IMG/VR virus record: IMGVR_UViG_3300033475_000040
Span: 1 to 48,679 of that record
From: a virus
Taxonomy: Duplodnaviria; Caudoviricetes
Strand: one strand, 5' to 3'
Length of the DNA: 48,679 bases
Shown: positions 27,855 through 37,089 of the stretch, piece by piece
Numbering within the stretch: position 1 is the first letter of the stretch
Layout of the letters: the number at the start of each line of letters is the position of its first letter
Translations under genes and position numbers: made by a program
The notes under the pieces: generated by a model
What the model was told of the DNA's origin: nothing
The model's input: the letters and a program-made list of their open reading frames with translations, nothing else
Databases searched by the model: none

Positions 27855-29329
27855 GTCCTGCTCGAAAACGGTTCCGGTTCAGGCTCTTTGGTCTCGTCTC
27901 CGGCCGTTCCGTCGCTCGCTGCGGGCGGCTGGTATTCGGCGATCGCGTCTTCGTCCAGAATTAGCTGCGATGTGAAAAGCTGTTTCTGCTCGTTCGCCTG
28001 ATCCGCAGCCCACATCGCGAGAGTGGCTTTGTTCTTCGGGTCGAGAAGCGGAGACATTGTCTCAACCATCGCAATTACGCTCTTGAAGCGTACATCCTGT
28101 GTTTTGGCTTTCTCGCTATCCGGCTCGGTCAAAAGATTTGGCCAGGTAGCGGTGAAGCTGTTGCGCCAAGACATGAACGCCGTCAGGTATGGGACCTTCC
28201 GATATTCCGGAATTTCCTTCTTTAGCGTCTCATAAAACGCCTCAGACCACGCCCGGCGCATCACGATCTCGTCCAGAAACGAGTAGATCGGCTGCATCTC
28301 GATCCTCAACCGATCGATATACTGCGCGATCTGCTTCGCGTCTTCCGTACCCTCAGCCATGCCGCCGACCATCGTCTCCTGCTCAAGGAGCTTAGCCGGC
28401 ATACCGGCGGCCATGGCAATATTGCTGAGGATGTTCTCGCGAGCCATCCGTGCCGGCCCCTCCAGATTCTGGAGGTTCAGAGATTCGATTGCTTCTTCGG
28501 TTCCAATAGATAGAACCTGGCCAGTCACGCCATCCTTCAGCGTCTGACGCTTGAAGCCGAACACCTGCCGCATGCGTTCGTTGACGATGCTGCCGGCCGC
28601 CTTTATCTTCGCGATCAGCAGGCCGCTTTTCTGCACGACCAGTTGGTCGGTGATCATCGATTGGATGTAGCTGCGGAGGGGGTAAAGCGCGCGCTGGTAG
28701 ACGCTGCGCCCTACGAATCCAAACGCCGAATTTGTCCACTGAATGTAAATCGGCTGTTCATTCATCATCACGCAAACGCGCGATGGATGGTAAGTCTGAC
28801 CCGCAACCGTTACCGTGCCTGGCTTCAGGAAGTCAGGGCTATTCGGATCTTGGTTCAGAACCAAGCTGCCCGCACTGTTCAGCGGGTCAATGACGTTAAA
28901 AAACAGATCCGCACCCGCGACCTTTTCGAGGTCAAGTGGGGTGTTGGGGGCCTTGCCACGATCACCGACTGCAAGCGATGCGATGCCGTAGACCCGCGCC
29001 AAGGTCATCGTGTTGCGGATGATCGTATCCGCACCACACTTCCCGATAGTGCGCCATTCGCGCTCGAATGCCGGGATTAGACGGCTTTCGGGGCCGCCCG
29101 GAACCGTGATCTCGCGAGCCTGGCTCTGGGCAACGTCCAACGGCTTTTCAGCCAGCTTTCCACCCAACGGATGGTGTACGAATATGAGCTTCGCCAATTC
29201 GTAAGACGGCTGTGCGCCCGGCACGATGTCCGGGGCCATCAGAATGCCCATAAGGCCCGAGCCGGGCTGCGTCAGGCCGAGGGATGCGAACCCGCTCCCG
29301 CCCTCTACGTTATCGACGGAACCCGACAT
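27851..29329 (-). CDS. Portal protein (DUF1073-like)
   Basis: ARVYG, YHPSRV, GFVGRSV and IAMAAGMPAKLL...G...G..D...Y motifs; follows terminase. Confidence 0.88.
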   Translation of the reverse strand: MSGSVDNVEGGSGFASLGLTQPGSGLMGILMAPDIVPGAQPSYELAKLIFVHHPLGGKLAEKPLDVAQSQAREITVPGGPESRLIPAFEREWRTIGKCGADTIIRNTMTLARVYGIASLAVGDRGKAPNTPLDLEKVAGADLFFNVIDPLNSAGSLVLNQDPNSPDFLKPGTVTVAGQTYHPSRVCVMMNEQPIYIQWTNSAFGFVGRSVYQRALYPLRSYIQSMITDQLVVQKSGLLIAKIKAAGSIVNERMRQVFGFKRQTLKDGVTGQVLSIGTEEAIESLNLQNLEGPARMARENILSNIAMAAGMPAKLLEQETMVGGMAEGTEDAKQIAQYIDRLRIEMQPIYSFLDEIVMRRAWSEAFYETLKKEIPEYRKVPYLTAFMSWRNSFTATWPNLLTEPDSEKAKTQDVRFKSVIAMVETMSPLLDPKNKATLAMWAADQANEQKQLFTSQLILDEDAIAEYQPPAASDGTAGDETKEPEPEPFSSRT

Positions 29330-29395
29330 GTTACCTCAGAATTTTGTGGGAAAATGCCGGTGGGAATGTTAGAAATCTGCAGAAGGAGGCGCTGA

Positions 29396-29758
29396 ATGAT
29401 CAAAACTATGTCGCTGGCCGCCGTGTTGGCGGCTTTTAGCGTTCCGGCCTGGGGAGACGTAACGTGGTGGACCGACAACCCGCTAAATGGCTCTTGCCAC
29501 ATTGCCGACATTCAAGATCTGCCGACCACGCAAGCTCAGGTTGGAGCATTTAGCGACGGCACTGGGATCGGCACGTCAATCAGCACTGATAGCGCAGGCA
29601 ATGTGATCGATGTTTCCCTCACCCTCGACACGGAGGACGGCGGGACCGTAACCACATTCTACTACCCGACGAAGGTCGGTTGCGAGAGGTCTCCGCATAC
29701 GAGGCTCGACTTCAGGAAAGCGCACGGGGAGTTTAGGTCTCCGTGGGACCCGAACTAG
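29396..29758 (+). CDS. Secreted/periplasmic hypothetical protein, counter-oriented moron
   Basis: AGGAGG RBS; Sec-type signal MIKTMSLAAVLAAFSVPAWG; two Cys; lies between terL and portal. Confidence 0.75.
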   Translation: MIKTMSLAAVLAAFSVPAWGDVTWWTDNPLNGSCHIADIQDLPTTQAQVGAFSDGTGIGTSISTDSAGNVIDVSLTLDTEDGGTVTTFYYPTKVGCERSPHTRLDFRKAHGEFRSPWDPN

Positions 29759-31032
29759 AAGCCCTCCTGATTCCCGCAGGCTATTGCGAGGGAATACATC
29801 GCGCAGTCGGCCAAATCGTCTGCCGCCCCGGGCTTCGCGCCCAACCGGAACCCGCACACCTGCGCGATGAACTGGTTTCGCGTCATGCCCTTGTAGTCGG
29901 TCTGCTTCTCGTAAGCATGGCGGCTTATCTTCATAAGCCCTTGATGCCAGTAGCCTGATACCGAAATGGCACGCTCGTCCTTGCCCATCGCCGTCAGCTT
30001 TGACGGCAAGGCTTCGGCGGGCCAGCCGCGATTGGCAACGTGCTGCAACAGCACGCTACCGGAAGCCTTGTCCTCGATGAAAGCGCCCATAGAGCCCATC
30101 CGCGCTCCGCACTGCTTGGCGAAGCCTTCCAGGCGCTGAAACACTGTCGGAAGCCACGTTTCGAGCATGGCGCCTTGGATTTGGATGATGTCCCAGTCCA
30201 GAACTACCAGCCTATGAACCGCGTATCCGTTGTCCACTGCGCAGAAGACGACAGCGGTACCATCGTGCTGCTTGCCATCCTTGACGGCAGTATCGATTAC
30301 AGCGAACACAGCGTCACACGCGCGCGGATATTCGACTGGCTGCCCATCCACGAGGATATTTTCCTGCGTGAAGAACGCCACACCGTCCCAAGAGACGAAC
30401 TCGGCATCGTATTCTTGCTGATAGACGAGCGGGTTGGTCTTCCGCTTCTCGTCCGCCAGGAATTCGGGCGTAACGTATGGGCTGTCGCTGCTCGGCGCGT
30501 GAAAGTCTTGGAAGCCCTGCTCCGGGTCAATGTGGAGCTTGTAGAAGAAATTCTCCGGGTCTTTACCGTTCGGCGTCGAAAACACCCAGACATCCGCATT
30601 AGGCCGCGTCGCCATTGTCGGCTTGATCGACCGCTCCCAAATGTCGAACATCTGGGAGTTTTTACTAAACGCCGCCTCATCAATCATGATGCGGTCGTAT
30701 TCGCGGCCACGCCCGGCCAACTCGTTGTCATTGAGCGACCAGAAATCAATCACGCCGCCCGTTATGGTGCGGATCGTGCCGTCCGTCTTGCTGGACTGAC
30801 TCTTGACGGGATGCAGAACGGACAAAAGCTCAGAATATGGCTCCCGCAATTGGCGATGCTCAGGCGCGAAGAGGCCGGTTTTCCCGCCCTTCGTAGAGGT
30901 ATCCGCCGCCAGCGTAACCATCATTTTGGTCTTGCCCCAGCGACGTCCGCAGCGGATCAGGTTCCGCTTTGTGCGCTGGTTCCAGATCCTTATTTGCCCG
31001 GGGTGCAGCGTCGGCAACTCGATGGTTGGCAT
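29755..31032 (-). CDS. terL: Terminase large subunit
   Basis: Walker A CGRRWGKT, Walker B IMIDEAAF, STPNG coupling motif, RNase H-like IDTA, IEDKASG and DDLAD. Confidence 0.95.
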   Translation of the reverse strand: MPTIELPTLHPGQIRIWNQRTKRNLIRCGRRWGKTKMMVTLAADTSTKGGKTGLFAPEHRQLREPYSELLSVLHPVKSQSSKTDGTIRTITGGVIDFWSLNDNELAGRGREYDRIMIDEAAFSKNSQMFDIWERSIKPTMATRPNADVWVFSTPNGKDPENFFYKLHIDPEQGFQDFHAPSSDSPYVTPEFLADEKRKTNPLVYQQEYDAEFVSWDGVAFFTQENILVDGQPVEYPRACDAVFAVIDTAVKDGKQHDGTAVVFCAVDNGYAVHRLVVLDWDIIQIQGAMLETWLPTVFQRLEGFAKQCGARMGSMGAFIEDKASGSVLLQHVANRGWPAEALPSKLTAMGKDERAISVSGYWHQGLMKISRHAYEKQTDYKGMTRNQFIAQVCGFRLGAKPGAADDLADCAMYSLAIACGNQEGF

Positions 31033-31421
31033 CAGTCTGGCAACCCGCCAACGATCTTGACCACGTTATCGTCACTATTCGTCTCGTCCTCAGCCCCCTG
31101 CGGCGGGCGGCCAATCCCTTGCTCGATGCCGATCCTGAGCGCTTCGACCTGCTTCGGATGCTCATCGTTCAAGGCTATTTCCTCGACCTTATCGATGTAG
31201 GCCGGGACCTTGGAGCGCGCATATTTGCGCAACTGTGCGGCCGTTATTTCCTCAGGCTTTGGTTGCCACTCAGGGTGAGCCTCGCGCCACTTGCGCATCT
31301 TTTCGCGGACACCGATCGACTTTGCGGCGGCCACTTTGGCAGTCTCACTTGTAAATGGCGCGGCCTTAGGTGAGCCATTTCCCGGCCCCTTGCCGGCGCC
31401 TTTTGGGGGCGAGTAAGCCAT
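31032..31421 (-). CDS. terS: Terminase small subunit
   Basis: Directly upstream of terL; EQGIGRPPQ motif and VKIVGGLPD C-terminus. Confidence 0.75.
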   Translation of the reverse strand: MAYSPPKGAGKGPGNGSPKAAPFTSETAKVAAAKSIGVREKMRKWREAHPEWQPKPEEITAAQLRKYARSKVPAYIDKVEEIALNDEHPKQVEALRIGIEQGIGRPPQGAEDETNSDDNVVKIVGGLPD

Positions 31422-31441
31422 ACCTCACACTCTGCTAATTG

Positions 31442-31843
31442 CTAAACACCCACCCTAGCCCCACCAACTCTGCGCCCACCGGACCGAAACGACGGCTGGC
31501 ACGCGCGGAAGAGCGGCGAGGCGGAGTTGTTGGCCTCGATGCGGCTATTTTCCTGAGTACGCTTGATTGCGAACCGCACGGCGTTGGATTGCTCAGCGGT
31601 CATTCGTCCGACTTTGATACAGTCCCGCGCATTCCACTCAGCGCGATCATTGATAGAAACCAGCGTCGGCCCTTTGATCGTCGCTAGAGGGATCACGCCC
31701 AATGACACGTCCCAGGACTTCAGCGCGCCGCGCGCCGCCCGGGCAGGCAAGACAATCAAAGCGCTGGGTGAGACAGACCACACAACACCTGTTTCCTTTC
31801 CGGCCACGACGATATCGCCCGGGGAAACGGTGTCTTCGGTCAT
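31442..31843 (-). CDS. Hypothetical protein with possible PemK/MazF-like fold
   Basis: PGDIVV...GVV...LIVLP...DV.L...TLVS...KVGRM...AVRFAI pattern. Confidence 0.5.
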   Translation of the reverse strand: MTEDTVSPGDIVVAGKETGVVWSVSPSALIVLPARAARGALKSWDVSLGVIPLATIKGPTLVSINDRAEWNARDCIKVGRMTAEQSNAVRFAIKRTQENSRIEANNSASPLFRACQPSFRSGGRRVGGARVGV

Positions 31844-31933
31844 TCTAAAACCTATTTAAGGGGATGAGGATCGTGCCGGCTCAGAACCTTGCGCGATATC
31901 TTATCTATATTTCTCAATAATGCGGAAATCCAA

Positions 31934-32497
31934 TCACGAATTTGCGGATTTTGCGGATCGCGGCTTTTCGTACCAATCGGCCAGTGCGTTCAAGCTAGTG
32001 ATCGCCCGCTTCGCAGCCGTCTTGTCGTCGATGCCGAACCGACGCCCCAGCTCGCGGGCGCTAACGCATTCGATCAAGACCATGTGGAGCATGTTGCTGT
32101 GTCTCATGCCAAGGCCCTGGATCGCCTCGCGCATGCGCTTGAGGGCATCGAGGCGTGTCTGCGTGTATCCGCCCGGAGAGGACGTGTAGTCGCCCGCAAT
32201 ACCAAGCCCAAGCATCTCGCCGCGCACTCCAGCGACCCCAAGGGCGTAGTCGTCAGCGTATTTTGTGGCCGCTTGGATCAGGCGTGTATCGCCAGTCTCG
32301 TCCGAGATGCACCGAATCCTGAACCCATAAATTCCGGCGACGTTGGTTTTGCGCATCTCGATGTTGCTGCGCAGGGCTTGATACGGCGTGATCTCCGCGC
32401 CTTTGGGGAGGTTAAGTTTGTCCTGCCATTTGTCGGCCGGCTCGGTGGGTTGGATGTTGTTGGGGTTCACGAGGGTCGTCTTGTTCACGGCATTCAT
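31934..32497 (-). CDS. Late transcription activator / antiterminator-like (DUF6456-like C-terminal HTH)
   Basis: C-terminal HTH SARELGRRFGIDDKTAAKR...LNALADWY; Q-equivalent position before the packaging genes. Confidence 0.7.
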   Translation of the reverse strand: MNAVNKTTLVNPNNIQPTEPADKWQDKLNLPKGAEITPYQALRSNIEMRKTNVAGIYGFRIRCISDETGDTRLIQAATKYADDYALGVAGVRGEMLGLGIAGDYTSSPGGYTQTRLDALKRMREAIQGLGMRHSNMLHMVLIECVSARELGRRFGIDDKTAAKRAITSLNALADWYEKPRSAKSANS

Positions 32498-32554
32498 TCG
32501 GGGAGTCTCCTGGGGATTTGCGCCTGGGGATGCGCGGGGAGTTAACTGGGGCGG

Positions 32555-32782
32555 TTAAGTTTTGGTCGATGCTCCGGGCCTCATTCCAACGAACGTCGAC
32601 CGCATGTGCTCTTGCACCACGGCAAGCGCATGGAGCGCATCGGTGTTCGCGGTATGTAGATGTCCGTCTAGGTACACGTTGAAGCGGACGCTCATGTGTG
32701 GATGCGTTGCCCAGGTGTAGGCAACAACGCGGAAAGACCCGCCATCTGCGAGAGTTCCCTTGACTACGGTTTTAACTGGCAT
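32555..32782 (-). CDS. Hypothetical protein
   Basis: MPVKTVVKG start with GAGGAG RBS. Confidence 0.55.
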   Translation of the reverse strand: MPVKTVVKGTLADGGSFRVVAYTWATHPHMSVRFNVYLDGHLHTANTDALHALAVVQEHMRSTFVGMRPGASTKT

Positions 32783-33125
32783 CGGGCGTCTCCTCGAGCG
32801 CAGCGGTGAGCATGGCTCGGTAGATTGTTTCAGCTTCATCGGCCGCAAACATCGGATTGAACTCAACGGCGCCCGTTTCGTATCCTGCGATTTTCATTGC
32901 GTCTGTCGGCTCCCTCATCGCGGTGATGGCGGCGCGGGCAAGCCTGAGAACGGCTTCCTTCGTAATAGGATCATCCTCAGTGCCTTCTGTTGAATCTGCG
33001 GGCAGATCGTCAAAATCTGGGTCCGTGTCCAACACAGGGAATTCGCGAGAGTCTTTGGGATCTTGGGCCGGGTATCTTGCGCGCACGTCCATCAACGCCC
33101 GCGCCACTCGTTCAATCATGGTCAT
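32772..33125 (-). CDS. Phage accessory protein
   Basis: MIERVARA...ARAAITAMREPTDAM motif frequent in alphaproteobacterial phages. Confidence 0.7.
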   Translation of the reverse strand: MTMIERVARALMDVRARYPAQDPKDSREFPVLDTDPDFDDLPADSTEGTEDDPITKEAVLRLARAAITAMREPTDAMKIAGYETGAVEFNPMFAADEAETIYRAMLTAALEETPDAS

Positions 33126-33481
33126 GGTTGGTCTCCTGCCGGTTGACGGCTGAGCGGAGGCAGCACCCTGTCGACAGACGCCTGAACTTCCTCCAGCGAC
33201 ATCTCCGGATGCGCCATGCCAAACTGGCCTCGGACGAAAGAGCGTTTCTGTTCGTAGACTTCATCTGGCGTCATGACATGATTCGCAGCGCGTTTCGCGA
33301 GATCAGCGAGCGCCTCCTTGGGTTCAGGGGGCGCCGGATACATCCTCCCCCTCACCGCCCCCACGCGCTCCATATGCTCGATCTCCGCAATCGCCAGGCG
33401 GAGGGTGGTGCGGTGGTATTCGTCGGGGATGGCAGCGACTGCCGCGCGGAGGCGGGATAGGAGGGTGGTGGTGTGGGTCAT
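33122..33481 (-). CDS. Hypothetical protein
   Basis: ATGA overlaps; MTPDE..EQKRSFVRG motif. Confidence 0.65.
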   Translation of the reverse strand: MTHTTTLLSRLRAAVAAIPDEYHRTTLRLAIAEIEHMERVGAVRGRMYPAPPEPKEALADLAKRAANHVMTPDEVYEQKRSFVRGQFGMAHPEMSLEEVQASVDRVLPPLSRQPAGDQP

Positions 33482-33735
33482 GGTGCGAGCTTCCCTTCAA
33501 CCACCCAATCTGGTTTTCCTTGGAATTCACCTTCTCCATACGCATTTAAGCAGTCAGCATTGTCGCAGGCTGTCCACCAATCCCATTCAGACGCCTCAGG
33601 GCGCTGAACGACGACGCTCTGATTCGCGTTGTATGTGCTCACCGGCGATCCGCACGCTCTGCAGAATTGGTTGGTACAACACTCCGTGTGGCGGTCCTCC
33701 GCCGCAAGCACGATGAGGGGGTTTTGGTTCATCAT
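33478..33735 (-). CDS. Small Cys-rich (Zn-finger-like) protein
   Basis: CRAC and CDNADC pairs; GGAGAG RBS. Confidence 0.6.
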   Translation of the reverse strand: MMNQNPLIVLAAEDRHTECCTNQFCRACGSPVSTYNANQSVVVQRPEASEWDWWTACDNADCLNAYGEGEFQGKPDWVVEGKLAP

Positions 33736-34011
33736 CTCTCTCCGTTTTGTGGGACAGTCCGTTGACCGGCCGCCGTCATCGCTGGCGAACCAAGCGTTTG
33801 CGCGGCGGGGTGGCGGATGGCGGGCGGAGAATGCGTCCGCCGTGCGGTGTGGGTCATGGCAGCCTCAGCGCGACACTACAGACCGCCAAAACCGTGGCTA
33901 CGATATTTAGCCAGACGACAAGTTCCGGACCCCCTGTCGCAGCGTCATGAACAGCAAAAACCGGAAATGCCACGCATGCCAACAGATCCCAATAACCCCG
34001 CTTCCAGCGCA

Positions 34012-35586
34012 TCATTTTCCGCCCTCCCACGTGACCGTAAGCTCGCGTGCCGGCGTGATCGTGAGGCCAACGAGAGAGGCCAGAGCCTCCAACTCATCGA
34101 TCCGGTCGCAATATTGAGCATATGCGAATGTTCCCGCGTCGTGTTCCGATTTACTTTCTGCGTGCATCCGTAAACGCATCGCAACGCCTTCGGACATCCT
34201 CTCAATCGCCGCCTCCGCGCGTTCGGCGCGGGAATTGGCGTCACGCACCTGCCGCGTGAGATCGGCAATCACGCATTCGTAGGTTTCGTTGTGCTTGTTC
34301 TGCGGCTGGACGTGCCCGGCCCGACCGGCGATTGCGATCTGGCCGATCAGCTCTGACGGCTCGGTCCCCACTTTTGACAAAGCCAATTCGACTTCCGCCT
34401 GAGCCGCTCTACGCTGCCAATGGGTGATGTCTCTCCCGATTTTCTCGCGAGCGCATAGTGCCGCAGCGAGCCATCCTTCGTCCTCGCTTCTAGCGCTCGC
34501 CCATGCGTCATGAAGTAGACCTGCAAAGTACTCATCCGTCATCCCGCCAGCGCTTTCCGCCGGGGGCTCGGGAGTGGGGGGCGAGCGGCGCTCCAGAGCA
34601 ATCCCATCTTTTAGCCCCGCATCGTAGCCGGCCATAAATCGCTGGTGCCCTTTGTCATCCAAAGGACTTTCCGCCAACTCATCATCGACGGCACCCGGAA
34701 GAAGATCGCGCGGGAACCGGTGCGAGCCAAGCAGCCCGTCGATGGCATGTGTGCCATCCAGCTTGCACTCTAGTTCGGCTCCGTCTTCGTACTGCGCAAC
34801 GATCCGATCTCCAACCGAGATAATCCGCGCTATCCCGCACGCCCGCGTCCGATACCGCTTCCCGACCTGAAACGGCTCGGGGGTGGGGGATATGGCATCG
34901 ATCCGCGCCTTGTCGAAGGTAGCCAGGATATCGTCACGATCCATGCCGATGTGCGCACTCGCATCGCCTGTCCACGAGACAACGCCATCTTTCTCCGCGT
35001 ATGGAGCTGGGCCATTCCCCAAGAGATTCGCCACATACGCCCCTACGCAATCGCGCGTATTCGGTTCGTCGGCACGAGATAGCGTCATGACCAATTCGGG
35101 ATTCGTGCCAGACTTGATGCCTCTTACGAATTCCATGAACTTCTGGTCAGAGCTGGTCAGCACAACCTCGCTGACGGACGTAGGGGCTCCAATAACCGGC
35201 GGCGCAACCAGAGTGACTTTCAAGCTGAGCGGGACGTCGAACTGCGTCTCTTCCAGCCAGTGGGCCAGGAAAAAGCTCTGCCTCACGCCATTTCCGCCAC
35301 CAGTGGCGCCGGCTCCCCGTGCTACGGCATCGCGCGGCGCGGCGGGGGCGAAATCGCGCGTATTCGCCTGTGCTCGCTCACCCTCTTCGGGCAGCCCCTT
35401 CGGGCCGAGAATCCCGCGAACGTCATCAGGGCTGAGCAGTTCGGCATCGGCCTGTTTGCTCGCCGCAGCCTCGAACACAGCGGCGGCGGCGCGAGTGGAA
35501 TTGCGGATTCCGTCTCGGTATTGATTGTCGATGCAGTCGGATTTGTACTGCGCATCGCGGATCGTCTCGTCGGTGAACTTGATCAT
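34012..35586 (-). CDS. Large mosaic accessory protein
   Basis: 524 aa, ATGA-coupled; includes an FQVGKRYRTR...ARII module and a coiled-coil C-terminus. Confidence 0.7.
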   Translation of the reverse strand: MIKFTDETIRDAQYKSDCIDNQYRDGIRNSTRAAAAVFEAAASKQADAELLSPDDVRGILGPKGLPEEGERAQANTRDFAPAAPRDAVARGAGATGGGNGVRQSFFLAHWLEETQFDVPLSLKVTLVAPPVIGAPTSVSEVVLTSSDQKFMEFVRGIKSGTNPELVMTLSRADEPNTRDCVGAYVANLLGNGPAPYAEKDGVVSWTGDASAHIGMDRDDILATFDKARIDAISPTPEPFQVGKRYRTRACGIARIISVGDRIVAQYEDGAELECKLDGTHAIDGLLGSHRFPRDLLPGAVDDELAESPLDDKGHQRFMAGYDAGLKDGIALERRSPPTPEPPAESAGGMTDEYFAGLLHDAWASARSEDEGWLAAALCAREKIGRDITHWQRRAAQAEVELALSKVGTEPSELIGQIAIAGRAGHVQPQNKHNETYECVIADLTRQVRDANSRAERAEAAIERMSEGVAMRLRMHAESKSEHDAGTFAYAQYCDRIDELEALASLVGLTITPARELTVTWEGGK

Positions 35587-36371
35587 TTTGGCTCCTGGGT
35601 TACGAGCGAAAACCCAGATCGGCGCGGCTTACCGTCTGTGTGAATGCGCTTCATTTGGATGTAATGGACGCGGCCTGTTGGCCCGACACATTCGACCAGC
35701 GTGGGTAAAGTCCCGCATGAGCGAATGCCCGTCACATGCATCCTTCGACCATGCATTCGCGGATCGTTGTTCTGGATCGTGTCGCCAGGGCTTAGGTCAG
35801 TCATGGTTGGTCTCCTTGTGTTGTTCCGGCCGCTCACAGCAGCCCTGGGTAAAGCTTGTTCACCGTTGCCCTCATGGAGGCGCGTAGGCGCAGGCGGTGT
35901 TTCTCGATTTTCGTCACGCGTTGGTTGGGGAAAACGCCCAGCCAACGCCGCTTCCAGCACCCGACGCGCCGGCAGATATCGCCGCTCGAGCAAATCACTG
36001 CCCGGTAACCGGCGCGCCGGGTCGCTGTTGTGCTCGTTGTCGGCGAGCTTGATGCGGATCGCCCAAAGGTCGCCGTCTGCAGCTAAGCGGGCGATATACT
36101 CGGCGTAGGGCATGCCAGACGGCCGGGTGAGTTGTTGGACCAGGGCGATGGCCTCAGACGACACGCCAACAGCCCGCAGGCTTTCAGGCGTTGCCACAGT
36201 GTCTTCCAGTGAGTCGTGCAACCAAGCCGCCTCAACAGCACGCTCAGGGGCGTCCGGCCAGCGACGCAGGAGGATACCGACGACTGCCCTAAGGTGCTGG
36301 ATGTACGGCGCCCCGGCTTTGTCCTCTTGGCCGTCATGCAGCGCTGTGGCGATGCCTCTGGCGTCAATCAT
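35583..36371 (-). CDS. RelA/SpoT/Mesh1-type HD hydrolase, in frame with a second small ORF (internal ATG at 35804)
   Basis: H.GQ.DKAG.PYI.H, AAWLHDSLEDT and IKLAD..HN motifs. Confidence 0.85.
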   Translation of the reverse strand: MIDARGIATALHDGQEDKAGAPYIQHLRAVVGILLRRWPDAPERAVEAAWLHDSLEDTVATPESLRAVGVSSEAIALVQQLTRPSGMPYAEYIARLAADGDLWAIRIKLADNEHNSDPARRLPGSDLLERRYLPARRVLEAALAGRFPQPTRDENRETPPAPTRLHEGNGEQALPRAAVSGRNNTRRPTMTDLSPGDTIQNNDPRMHGRRMHVTGIRSCGTLPTLVECVGPTGRVHYIQMKRIHTDGKPRRSGFSLVTQEPK

Positions 36372-36505
36372 TTCTCACCACCCTCTAAAGCGCGATAGGA
36401 AGCCCGCTGACGGGGATGTGGCTCGCCCCGCTCCGTTGGGGCGGGAAATGCGCTGGACCGCCCCAGGCGCTCAGATATGGCGGCTGTTGAGACACGCGTG
36501 GTCAC
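36368..36505 (-). CDS. Small hypothetical ORF (45 aa)
   Basis: Not in the ORF track. GTGA and ATGA overlaps bridge the HNH-AP2 and HD genes: MTTRVSTAAISERLG...EGGEK. Confidence 0.45.
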   Translation of the reverse strand: MTTRVSTAAISERLGRSSAFPAPTERGEPHPRQRASYRALEGGEK

Positions 36506-37002
36506 GATGACACCGTGGTGATGGATTGGTGGCAAAAATCCCCGAAGTGTTTGCGAGCAGCTTTGGCATACGCTTCGCCAGCAAGCTGCGGATCCTTAAA
36601 ACACCCGACGAATGTACGCTTCCCGTTAACCCATATCCACGCTTCATAAAGCTTGGTTCTCGGGTGCTGCCTTACCCCTCTAATCCCAAGCTTGTTGTTC
36701 GCTTGAGCCGGTCTATTCTGCACGTTCTGTCGGTTCGTAGCTTCACGCAGATTGGCGATGCGGTTGTCATTCTTCACGCCGTTGATGTGGTCGATCTGGT
36801 CCGCCGGCCACTCGCCTTTTTCGTACAACCACGCCAAGCGGTGAGCCCTACAGGTCCTTCCAAGCACAGTCAGAACCAAATAGCCTTTTTTGTTGAGGGT
36901 CCCGCGTACCCTTCCCTCGTGATCCGTGAACAGTCCGGTCTCGCGGTCATAATTAAGTTTCGACCTAAGATCGTCGGCGGTGAAGTGATGGGTCTTAATC
37001 AT
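36502..37002 (-). CDS. HNH endonuclease with AP2-like C-terminal domain
   Basis: RAHRLAW, IDHINGVKNDNRIANLR and GIRGV...YEAWI...VGCF motifs. Confidence 0.9.
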   Translation of the reverse strand: MIKTHHFTADDLRSKLNYDRETGLFTDHEGRVRGTLNKKGYLVLTVLGRTCRAHRLAWLYEKGEWPADQIDHINGVKNDNRIANLREATNRQNVQNRPAQANNKLGIRGVRQHPRTKLYEAWIWVNGKRTFVGCFKDPQLAGEAYAKAARKHFGDFCHQSITTVSS

Positions 37003-37089
37003 CGCTCTTTCTCGATTGAAATGAGGGCTGGATACGCGCGCGGGGGAAAGGCGATTGGGTGGGAGGATGGATGGCACCGTAAAGGCGAT

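Noticed and set aside
27851-29329. Anti-CBASS Acb1 call sometimes attached to DUF1073 proteins
   Set aside because: Size, position and motifs fit a portal; I see no pair of 2H phosphoesterase HxT motifs
21829-31200. Long plus-strand ORFs 21829..22869, 23547..24458 and 30040..31200
   Set aside because: Antisense shadows of the capsid, scaffold and terL genes, as expected from high-GC codon bias
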